A DNA stretch of 64,000 nucleotides from NCBI GenBank assembly GCA_051362555.1, contig CM120640.1:66504788-66568787 (forward strand), read 5' to 3'. This DNA is from Lingula anatina. Its lineage: Eukaryota; Animalia; Brachiopoda. A model generated the notes under the pieces. The model saw only the letters and a program-made list of their open reading frames with translations, was not told the origin of the DNA and did not search any database. Made by a program: the position numbers and the translations under genes. This document shows, in pieces, positions 39,101 through 59,158 of this stretch; positions within the stretch are counted from its first letter, which is position 1; every line of letters starts with the position of its first letter.

Positions 39101-41283
39101 ACTGCTCAGCTCTTGATGATGAGCTCATTGATCAATATTGATACACTTTTAGAGTACTGTTTTAGATAATTCAGTTGATACCAGCTTCCCTATTATCAAG
39201 ATTGTGCTTTATTATTTATACTGATTTTAGTGTGTGTTGTTGTTGTTGTTGTGTGTGTGTGTAATATATATCATTATGCAGTTAGAAAAGTGTTTTTGAA
39301 TGTTAGTTTTTAAATCTTTTAAATGTTTTAATCTAATATTTTTCTAGGCTTGAAGAACATGAAAGGGACCAGGATTAATCATTTTGCCATTCCTTGGCAA
39401 TTATGACAGAAGCTCAAGCAGCTATCATGAAGCCATAAATAAAGCTATTTAATCCTTTTATAAACTGAAAACATTCTTTTAAAACTTGGTTACAGTTCTT
39501 TCTAATGAATAAAATACATTAACAGATTCATGTAACATCATTAAATGTGAAAGTTTTTAAATGAAGTTTGGCTGTGAAATCACCACTATGACACTTACAG
39601 AAATAAATTCAAATGAAAATATAGACTGGTGCAGGACTAACTGGTATCAGTGAAATAAATTTCTGATCCCAGGTAAATTAATAAAGTAAAAAATAATTTT
39701 TGCCACAAATATACATGTATATTTGCATCAGCTTTAATCCCTGTTGGCTTTCACAATATTGATATTTTTGTTGATGATATTGTGTTTTGAATGTTATATA
39801 GTGGTTCATATGTAACAAAAAAAAAGCAAATTAAATTGATAAAAAAGTCTTGTTTGTTTTGTTTTTATTATTATTTCAATAAAAAGAAACTGGCAGCAGG
39901 TGGCCTCATGTAATAGATAAATGTTTATTTACAAAAAAAAAAGAAATGTTTGTATTTTCATATTTCCTCCATTCTTCTTGTGCAAGCTTCTCTTCTCTAT
40001 ATAGACAATATTGTGCGGGTGGGGAATTCAAAACGAGGTTAGATTACAACAAGAATGTACTAAGTCAAAACGAGGCTGCCTTACGGTTGTTGCAAGTACG
40101 ATTTTTTTTGCATACATGGGTGTGAATTGATTTGTGCCATTCCTGGATAACGTTAAAGTTCCTTACATGCTTACATTGACAGAAAGCTGAATAAATTTGC
40201 CACAACTTACTGGTAATTCAAAATTGGAACCTGTTCTCTAAGAATGCAAGCTTTAGAGTTAAAATTGAACTTCCGTTATAACTTTTGTAAATTTTCGATT
40301 TCAATCTCGCATTTATACACAAAATAGGGTTTAGATCAACTCAAGGAGCATCTCACATCATTTGAAATTTATTTTTTAAATGACAGTATACATAACAAAA
40401 CTCCCATACCCTTAGTAGTCGAGATATTCCACCGTTTCTGACACCCTATAAATCTAAAAAAAATGTACGCAATTCAAATTCTACAACTTCCGGTTTGGTT
40501 AAAAGCCACCTAGCGGCAGACCGCTGGCTCCCGGGCTGAACTCATCATCATGTATTAAAATATCTTACGTTTCTGCACTAGCTTTAAGACCTTCTTCAAA
40601 TGGCATCCAGTTGATTGAATCTCCCCATCCTGCAACAAAGTTAAAGGCGTGATACTGAAAGATAGCCTTAAAATTATTTCAGAAACTAATTTCGTTGGTC
40701 CATTATTACTTCATTTAGTTATCAACACCATCCACAAATAAATAAATAAATAAATAAAATAAAATAATAATAATAATAAATTAATTAATTAAATTCAAAC
40801 TTGCATCTTCAGGAACACATTATACGCATTTCCCGTCAATGTGAGTGAGTTATAAAAATCTTTTAGTTTTGGAAGTTTTTCTCCATGACTGCTGTGTGTG
40901 TCACTGTCTGCATGTGTTAAATGCTTTGAATGTTTGCAAAAAATACCCCTTAATGCGATTGCATTATAACAGTAAAAATAAAACCCGCATATATAACATC
41001 CTCATACAAGGCAGTGTATACGGGTTTCCTCATAAGTTATTCTTGATTGCAGCCAGTGGCCTGTCTACGTCAAACCAAAGCAAATTGCGAAAGTGGTGAC
41101 TTGGCACCCGGTGTTAGGCCACTCCCCAAGTTTTGCCAAACAAAATTTCAATCATCCTATCAAAATAACCAGGAAACCAGGAAATAATTTCTGCTTGGAC
41201 TTACCTCGAGCAAGCTCGCTAGCGATCGCACTAGAAATGCCAAGAAAGAGGCAAACTAAGTGAGACACTGCGATTCCTGTCAT
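32998..41283 (-). CDS. TXNDC12: Thioredoxin domain-containing protein 12 (ERp18, AGR/PDI family; 7 exons, ~163 aa)
   Basis: Exons 41283-41205, 40629-40569, 34290-34238, 34012-33939, 33741-33672, 33337-33254, 33068-32998, all in phase. Signal peptide MTGIAVSHLVCLFLGISSAIA, then GWGDSINW...PLMLVIHKSWCGACKALKP...PDGGYIPRILFL...INENGNANYKYYY...KPDEL*. It has the CGAC active site and an ER-retrieval-like C-terminus. The gene is missing from the supplied ORF track because its exons are short. Confidence 0.93.
33097..33137. repeat. (ATA)n microsatellite in the last intron of TXNDC12
   Basis: Direct reading; explains the poly-Ile ORF in the track. Confidence 0.95.
34618..37076 (-). mobile_element. 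Degenerate Kolobok-type DNA transposon with a decayed THAP-like start, in TXNDC12 intron 2
   Basis: TTAA|AGG...CCT|TTAA ends. A 26-bp inverted motif, GGTCACGTGGT-n4-GACGACAATC, at 34785-34810 and 36869-36894 (22/26 identical). Minus-strand ATG at 36772 gives MPRCVAVG, a THAP-like N-terminus, with an out-of-frame C..HF-like remnant about 200 nt downstream. Confidence 0.6.
37206..40538. mobile_element. 3.3-kb non-autonomous TIR element, superfamily unresolved, in TXNDC12 intron 2
   Basis: 18-bp TIR CAGCCCGGGAGCCA(C/G)CGG at 37206-37223 and 40521-40538 (17/18). Both ends are CpG-rich. No clean TSD (9-bp flanks ATGTCACTA / AACTCATCA). Confidence 0.6.
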
Positions 41284-41539
41284 CTTGTTGACGGTTTACG
41301 GGCTGAACGTCATACTGTTACCTGATTGGATAAAATTATATACAAAAATTAGTTCTTCGTTTATTAAAAATATTTTGACATATATATTTTACAAATAAAA
41401 TGAATGTTCCTTAAAATAATATTTTTGTGGCTTTAGATAGTTGTCAACCGATTACTTATTCTAAATATTATTCAGTGCAATGTTGATGGTTCACTGCGTA
41501 GCTATTCCCCATGTGCAGTGCAGACTACTGCGTAAAGTC
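41284..41539. promoter_or_regulatory. Compact bidirectional promoter of TXNDC12 and MTREX
   Basis: Only 256 bp separate the two divergent ATGs (41283 minus, 41540 plus). CpG-retaining; CGTCA (CRE half-site, ~41308) and ATTGG (reverse CCAAT box, ~41325). Confidence 0.7.
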
Positions 41540-51024
<9,485 letters not shown>

Positions 51025-51439
51025 TGAACCGTTTTAATTGAAGACACTTAAAAATGCTTGGACAGAACTTAATTTTATATGGAATTGCTGCCTACTTTTC
51101 CCACAGACAAGTCATTAACTTTCAAGAATTATTCATCTTAAACAGAATAATGAAATAAAATTGAAACATTTCTTTCAGGTGAGCCTTACATGGCTTGGGC
51201 TTTGTTCTACTTAGTATAATAAATTATATGCATTTTAAAAATAATCTGTTATACATTCATTGTGGATCACAATATTAGAATGTTTCAGTGTTTGATATGA
51301 CGTACGTTAATATGTTTGGATCAATCATATTGGATTAACAGATGAATCAATCTTACATAACCTTAGAAATCAATTCATTACTTTTTCCCTCCATTTTTCC
51401 TATATATTATAAAGTACATAAGTTTGTATATATTATGTA

Positions 51440-51459
51440 AATAAAAAGAAAGCAATAAA
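51440..51459 (+). terminator. Candidate polyadenylation signals of MTREX
   Basis: Two AATAAA hexamers (51440, 51454) followed by T/GT-rich sequence; another AATAAA at ~51154. Confidence 0.45.
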
Positions 51460-52276
51460 AATATAATGTATTTGTGAAATGTACAAATGTTTCATTTTTA
51501 TATATTATCGGGAATGATTGGGACATATTTAATAAGTGAAATGTAGGAGTTATGAAAAAATTCAAACCAAGTGAGCACTTTGATAGAAAAAAATGTATAA
51601 TCCTTATGCTATTTTAAAACTAAATATTATATGTTGGGGATTCTGCATATGGTTTGTACTTCTGAGCACCCTCTTTATCGCCGGTGTCTACCAAATGATG
51701 AATCTGAAAAATCCAATGAAAGCACAAACCTCACCTTGACAAATATTGTGTAAATCAGTGACTAGTAGTATCCCTTTTCATCAATGTAAAATGATGAATA
51801 CAGATACAACCAATGTGGTTATGTTCCAAAAGTTAGGGAGAATAAATGGATAAAGAGATTGTCACTCTGGGGAAAAGCGAATAGGCATTGGGTTTTTTTT
51901 TCTCGCTCGTTTGCATTAGTTTTGGGGTCTCCAGAGGATGCCCTGCAAAAAATTAAATCAGTATGGCCTAAGTTAGCTTATTGATGTGTGTTATATATAT
52001 TCTCTTTAAGTATAGATGAAACTTTTTTTTTTTTTTTTTTTGTATAGACTCAACATTTGTATTTGTTCTATGTTGTATGTGACTTCACATGTAGTGTAAT
52101 TACAGTGTGAACAGCAACTCCACTCTGAAAATCATAGCTATAATAAATACATAAAAAGTGAAAATGACACTACTGTAGGTACTAGTTCCACTGATTATGC
52201 ATCCGTCAAATAAAAAAGTTTTATTTTAATTTGTATCTCGAAAGTTTATTTCACAGCACTTCTTCTTTTAAAACAG

Positions 52277-52373
52277 ATTGACAAAGAGACATGTAAAATC
52301 AAAGTCAAGCTGGAACTGAAGTTAAGAAACTGAAAGATGAAATTCTGCCACGGCATGCAATGGCATTTAGTGT
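52277..52373 (+). pseudogene. GULO: Duplicated, frameshifted copy of GULO exon 4 (inside a ~320-bp duplicated block, ~52077-52398 versus ~54438-54782)
   Basis: CAG|ATTGACAAAGAGACATGTAAAATCAAAGTCAAGCTGG...CATTTAGTGT|GT is nearly identical to exon 54660-54757 but 97 nt instead of 98 nt (AAAGTCAAG versus AAAGTTCAAG). Flanking intron sequence is also duplicated. Confidence 0.85.
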
Positions 52374-52581
52374 GTAGGTTATTATTTTCAGTTTTTAAAG
52401 CTTTATGAATGGATCATGAATGCAGAGCACGTGCTGGGAGAAGTAAATGCTTAACAGGGCACTTGGTAAGACTTGTATCACTGTGTTGACATGCACTGCT
52501 GCAGAACAGAATAATAAATGCACTGTCTGTCAAGTAAGGTCACAAGCTAGAGGCAACACAGAAGTTGGAGCAATAACACTG

Positions 52582-55500
52582 ATGGATATACAGGTAAAAT
52601 TCCAGATAATTTACTCATATCTGAATATATTTAACATTTCATATGTAAGAAAATCACTCGGAGAGTGCAGACATATGCCAAGGCAGCTTAGTGCACATAT
52701 TATTAAAGTTATTCAACTGATCACTACCAAAATCTGATTGATTCTACCAGTGATCTGTACTGAAAATTTTATCAAATATTTGTCCATAAGTTGTCAGGAT
52801 AATAAGAAAAAAAGGAAAAATGTCATCTGTGCTAGTAGCACAAATAGTACACATCAGAGACTAGCAACAGGAGTGCTAACCCATGAAATCTGTACTATGA
52901 ATTAGCATGTAAAATTAGACCCCATTCTGGACCATACCTAGATCGATCTAGCAAGATGGGCCCATCTCCAAGGGGTTTCTCGCTAAATTACATTCAGCTC
53001 AAGCGGCTCTAATGTCTGGCACACCTATTGAAATTGTTAGGGGGTAATTAACTATCTTTAATAAAGATATATTTCATAATGATATAGGCATTTCATTATA
53101 AACATCATGCAAGACTGCAGCTATGGATTCAGTTAAGGCCTCTTTGCAACCCCACAAATGAAATTTGTGCAAAATTGTTGGTAAATAATAACTTTTGCTG
53201 ACTCGTCGCATCATAATTTTTAGGATGATGAGTCTCATTGAATATTTGATATATAATTTTTATCCCTAAGGCCATAACATTTAATACAGGCAACAATTTG
53301 CTACATTGTTATTATTGTTAAAACGATTAGAATAGAGGGGTTATATAATAAAAGCGGCCTGGTTTGGCCAAATCACAAACAAACAATATTCCTTGTTACC
53401 TTCTTTCTTGCTATGAATGAGCCTATAAAAGTTTGTGGTACACTGAGATGGAGGAGACATAAAGAGCACGTTTTGAAATAAATAATAACCTATAGATAAA
53501 CATCAATAACAATTAGGCAATTTTACAGTAAATGATGTAGACTCATGCATGAGCAATAAAAGGTTTGAATTCTTAATTGTATAAACCATAGTAAGGTTTT
53601 TCAGAGTCTCGGCAGAGCTGGCCATCTTTTCACTAACTGGGCCACAACATATTCCTGCCAACCTGAACTATATTTTGAACCAGAGACAGAAGAACAGCTC
53701 AAACAGGTACACATGTTAGGATCTGATCACACTGAAAGCCATTCATTTATGAATGAATTTCAAGGCCAAGGAAAACTTGTTTTGCATTGAAATTTTGATT
53801 TACTGTAACTCAATCATAAGACTGATATTATCAGTAATACAGATTTTTGCTGATTTTCCTCCCTCCCGAATACCCTGTCTAGGACCCTCAGTTCCTTTTA
53901 GCCTCATTAAAATAAACAAAAACATTATTATTTTTTTTAGATCCTGAACACTGCACAGATCAAGAATAAGAAGGTGAAGGTGGTGGGTTGTGGTCATTCC
54001 TTCTCAGATCTGGTTTGCACTACTGACTATATGATCAGCATGAAGAACTTTGACAGAGTCATATCAGTGAGTCGCTGTACTCTAACGGCCCATTTCAATA
54101 GATACCATCAGTCTACGTAGATCAATCCAACTTTCCAGAGATTCTCGCTGATTGCAACCAACTTAACTGAATGACAGGCCTCCTAATCACTGTATTCATA
54201 TTATCGCCAGCTTTTCTGTATTTCACTCAATGCCAGGAGGGGGCGTGTCATTCAGTTAAGCTAATTGCATTCAGCGGATTTCCCACAGAGTTTGATTGAA
54301 CCAAGTAGCCCGATGCTGTCTATGGGAATGGGGCCTTAGATGACACTCAGTCTTGTGGCACAGGACATCAGTAATATATATGTGACGTATGATTCCAGTT
54401 TTGTTGTACATATTGCACCACACGTGGTTATAGAGCACTGTGACTTCAGGTGTAGTAAACTACATTACAGCATATATACAGTAGCCCCATCCACTCTGAA
54501 AACCCTAGCTTTAATGATCCATAATAAAAACATGAAAAAGTGAAAATGATATCAGCTGGTGGTTCACTGAATATACCATACCTTCATCACATAAAAAGTA
54601 AGTTCTATTTTTAATTGCATCTTAAAAGTTTGTTTCACAGCACACCTTTTTTTAAATAGATTGACAAGGAGGCATGTAAAATCAAAGTTCAAGCTGGAAT
54701 TGAAGTCAAGAAACTGAAAGATGAAATTCTGCCACAGCATGGACTGGCATTTAGTGTGTATGTTATTGTTTTCATTTTTTAAAAATTTTATATTTAATTA
54801 CAAGATGTTTGTTTGTTTGTGTGTGTAGATAGATAGATACCTCCGGTAGGTAGATCCCAGTAGGCATAGTGACATTGGATCAACGTTGAAAACAGGTTGG
54901 GCCGTTGATCTACCTAAATTTAACATAGGTTATTATTTTCATTTTTTAAAACATTTGGTATAAAATTACAAGGTATTTGTGTGTTTGTGTATGTAGAAAG
55001 ATAGATAGGTAGATATGAATCTATGAATTTTTATATTAGTTGGCAGTGAAAGTGGTGAAATGTCACGCAATAAATATTTGAGTTCACTGCAAAACTGTAA
55101 TGGTAACAATTTGGGAAATTTATATCTTAAAGAAACATTAACCAAATGTTCATTTTTTTATCATGATGTTATTTTGATTTATTTTTTAGGTTGGGATCTG
55201 TGTCAGAAGTGTCCTTAGCAGGGTGTATATCTACTGGAACTCATGGCACTGGAGGAAACTATGGGGTCTTGTCATCTTATGCAAGTAGATTTGTATTTGT
55301 ATTCATGCATGCACTCGTATTTCTACACACTATTTATCTTTGTGATTTTTATTTAATGTCAGTTTATAAGAGTAGATAATATTGAAACAGGGTGAATGGT
55401 GCTTTTTATTTAGAAGGTGCAGTGTAGATGGAAGTGAACACCTATGAATAGCTCTTAACTGTGAATTTCGATTTAATTGTCTCCACAAACATTTTGCAAA

Positions 55501-55816
55501 TATTGGCAATTAAATTATCTGTGAATTAAGAAAAAAAATCTGTGGAGGATGATATTTTAATTATTGATAACTTCCAGGTGTTGGGTTTGGAGATCATGAC
55601 AGCTAATGGAGAGATCATTGAATGCAGTAAAGAGAAGAACCAGGAAGTATTCTTGGCTGCATGCTGCAGTCTGGGAGCTCTTGGTGTCATCATGTCTGTC
55701 ACATTTCAATGTGAACCTGCATTTCACCTACATCAGAGTCAATACAGGGACACTTTGAACAATGTATGTATTAACAGGAACAGGTAAAGATGTAAACAGC
55801 ACAAGATGCACAATTG

Positions 55817-55850
<34 letters not shown>

Positions 55851-58800
55851 GAGACATGGGCACATACACAACTCAGCATAAAATTAATATAACATATGTT
55901 TTATCAATCATTTTTATGGGGAAAAGTGTGCTTTATAATACATTTAAATATATGATACTATATGCTATGGCATGGCATGGCATGGCATGGCATGGCAACC
56001 CTTATTTTATTGATGTTGTTTATTCTACAGGTTTTGGATAACCTGGATTCCCATATCACCTCCTCAGACCACTTTCGCTTTGTGTGGATACCTCACACAG
56101 ATCACGTAGTTGTGTACAAAGCCAACAGAATATCAGCGGTAAACATTGTTTGTCATTACTAAAGGTTCTTTTCGCTCATAAATTGATAAAGAAGCTACTG
56201 CATGTGTATGGTTCAATTTTTTTACAGTTATTAATGTTACAAAGGATCTTTTTTATGGAAGGATTGTTTTATTTCTACTCTAAATTATAATGTTTTGTCT
56301 TTTCTAATGCCACTACTAAAAGAAATGAGCAACGTACTGCAACTCACCTTAATTGTCTTAAACTGAATTGAAAGGAATGGATTTGGCAAAAATTTGGCAT
56401 TGCATTTATTTTACTAAGAATATTAAAGTTTTTCTTTATAACATGTTGCCATAGCAACAAAATTTACATGGGTACCCATCATTTTTTACTATCTCTGGCT
56501 TTGCTATATACTGATGAACCAGTGTGGTATATTTAGTGATTAAAATTGCTTTGCCTGCAAAGTGCAAAGAAAATCTTGAAAATGTACTGAGAAAGTTGGG
56601 GAAAAACTCAGTTGAATCCTAAAACATGTTGTCATATCAACAAAATTACATGGGTACCTATAATTTTTTTCACATCTATGTACATCTATACATATGTCAT
56701 ATGTACTGAATACCATATGTGAGAGATATTGAATATGAATGCAATTCATCTGTGAAGAAAATTAAAAACGTGTATGCAAAAACAATGAAAATTCCCATAT
56801 GGTTCTATAATAATTGAATCCAAAGTTCTTATCACCATAGCAACTTTCAGCCTTGGGCTATCATTTTAAAAATCTTGATACATGTGCTATATTGTCCACT
56901 TTGTATGTAGAAAAATCTACCAGGCAGAAATATCATAGGGACATTGGCTAAATCTTACAATATTTCTTTTTTCTTAGCCCATTTGTAGGAAAGACAGTTG
57001 GTTCTGGAATTATGCTGTGGGGTACCATATGTTGCAGTTCTGCCTTCTCATCAGGTGATTATCTGAAATTGAAGTAGTATTGTTTAGACATGATTAATAA
57101 TGAATAATATGGCACTTAGACTTTTTATATTAAATTTTAATATTGGATAATGACTTGATCTTTTCAGTGGTGAAATAGTGAATTTTACAGATTAACTGTT
57201 TTTTTTTTTTTACCTTATATGTTCTATTCAATACAGTTAAAGCACCACATATGCTGTATAAAAATAAAATTTTCATGATTCTAAAATGTGTATCTCATTC
57301 AAAACATCGAGTCATTATATTAGTGTATTGTATGGGAACAAATAATTATGCATAATAGCACAAAACCCTTTTTGTTTTTGGTATATGAATCCATGAATCG
57401 TTACAACTGCATTCAGATAAAAACTACATACTAGCTGGATCGATCCAACTCTGCAGGGAATTCTCATAAAAGTGCATTCAATGTAATCAGCTTAATTGTC
57501 TGACACCCCTCCTCAAGGGCAAGAGCTTCTGAGAACCAAGCGGGCAAGATAGTTAATTACCCCCTTTGCTGTTCAAGGAGGCATGTTTGACATTACAGCT
57601 GATTACTCTGATTGATTCCCCACAGAATTAGATCAATCCAGCTAGAATGTTGAGTTTATCTGAACTCTCCCTACCAGTAATTACCTAGCACACACAGCAA
57701 AGTTTTAATGCTTCTTTATCTATCTCTAATGAGTTACTTTATTATTAAAAATTTTTTTCAGATGAAATGAATTTTTAAATGTTTGTTGATTAATAAATTA
57801 TCATCAAAGACAAATACATTGATATGCCATCTGAAAACACTTTTTATTGCAGTGCTTTCTTCACTTCTCTTCTCCCTTATATGAACCGACTCTTCAGTTG
57901 GCTACTGTTCTCTAAACCAAAAGAGATTGTAGATAGGGGTGACAGGGTTTTCAATCTTGACTGTCTTTTCCAACAATATGTCATGGAATGGGCAGTCCCA
58001 AGGTTAGTGTCCTTTTACCTAATAAGGTCAATTGTGAAACCATAAACATTTGAAAAGAATTGCAGGGAAGTTGAATGCAGTGCATTGTGATGATGATGAT
58101 TCATTCTGTTATCATTTATTAGTAATCCATTTATATGTTTTTTACAGTTTTTGGTGAACAGTTGTACAAAAATATCATACAGTAGATGGAAAATTGGGTT
58201 TTATTACATTACATAGTAGAAGGAAGAGTTCCAAACCTTTTCTTTTTGGAAGAATCCATTTTGGTATTATGTTTCCATTTAGGGAAAAGACTGCTGAGGT
58301 TTTGTTAGAGCTCAAGGACTGGATAGAGACAAACCAGTTTCCAGCACATTTTCCGGTAGAAGTGAGATTTGTCATGGCGGATAATATCTATCTCAGTCCA
58401 GCATACAACATGGATTCCTGCTACATTAATATCCTTATGTTCAGGTGAGTATATATATGGCATCACTATGAAAGAGGTACTTGTATTTTATGGTCTCTAG
58501 GGAGGTTGATAAAACATAAAATTATTCTTTATTTGGAGACTAAATAACATCAGTCAAACACAATGTTGTGTTTCTGTCCTTGATTACTGATTAATTATGG
58601 AACATGAATGTGTGACTTGTAGTTGTTATTCTGGCAGCCATCTTTTTTTGACTGTAAGTTGTTTTTGGACAATAGGCCATACAACAAGTATGTTCCACAT
58701 GAGACATACTGGAATGCCTTCCAAGATATCATGCTCAGAGCAGGTGGAAGACCACACTGGGCAAAGGTGGGTTTACTGCCATGAGGACTGTTGAAATAAT

Positions 58801-59158
58801 AATAATATATGTTTGCTTATAAACCATCTATTTTAGAGGCTTGTCTTGTGAAAAGAAGGTGATTGCCAAGATCATTGCACTGCAACTAATTCGGTATGCC
58901 ATTAAGTGTATACAAGGATCTCTTAGATAAAATTAAACAAGACAAGAATATTGTAGACGGTAACATCCATCTGTTTATCTTATGTCTGCAGTAGATTATA
59001 TAAATTTTACAATTTATTTTTAGGACCATGGTGTTGTAGCTGATCAGTTTAGAAAAATGTATCCAAAGTGGACAAAGTTCTGTGAGATTGCCCAAAAAGT
59101 AGACCCTCATGCCATGTTTAGGAACCCCAACCTGGAGAGAGTGCTGGGAAGAAATTAA
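52582..59158 (+). CDS. GULO: L-gulonolactone oxidase (12 exons, ~445 aa)
   Basis: Exons 52582-52593 (MDIQ, the least certain), 53605-53706, 53941-54066, 54660-54757, 55190-55280 (GC donor), 55578-55763, 56031-56138, 56978-57054, 57853-58002, 58283-58444, 58676-58766, 59024-59158, continuous frame. Motifs: [21 protein letters not shown] (FAD-linked His), [27 protein letters not shown]. Confidence 0.93.
52917..53052. mobile_element. Half copy of the foldback MITE family in GULO intron 1
   Basis: CCCATTCTGGACC...GCTAAATT..CAGCTCAAGCGGC..TGTCTGGCA...AGGGGGTAATTA matches one arm plus the loop of 42290-42547. Confidence 0.55.
54085..54336. mobile_element. Foldback MITE in GULO intron 3
   Basis: TA|ACGGCCCATTTC...GGGAATGGGGCCT|TA; internal arms CTTAACTGAATGACA / TGTCATTCAGTTAAG. 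Confidence 0.65.
56446..56845. repeat. Degenerate ~180-200-bp tandem repeat with GTTGCCATAGCAAC cores
   Basis: GTTGCCATAGCAACAAAATTTACATGGGTACC (56446), GTTGTCATATCAACAAAATTACATGGGTACC (56628) and CCATAGCAAC (~56835). Confidence 0.5.
57412..57664. mobile_element. Foldback MITE in GULO intron 8
   Basis: Arms TTCAGATAAAAACT..CTAGCTGGATCGATC / GATCAATCCAGCTAG..AGTTTATCTGAA; shares the TAATTACCCCCT core with the 42290 copy. Confidence 0.65.

Noticed and set aside
39110-39230. C/D-box snoRNA candidate (ATGATGA ... CTGA)
   Set aside because: No convincing terminal stem and no rRNA-complementary guide that I can recognise; such motifs are frequent in AT-rich DNA.
34291-40568. Possible nested KTI12 gene, as recalled in a human TXNDC12 intron
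   Set aside because: No long ORF or P-loop kinase motif; the intron is almost fully explained by two transposon-like elements.
41480-41539. In-frame upstream ATG extending MTREX by 20 aa
   Set aside because: Homology starts at MDFGDDLFSVF (41540); the extension lies in the 256-bp shared promoter and is probably upstream of or at the TSS.
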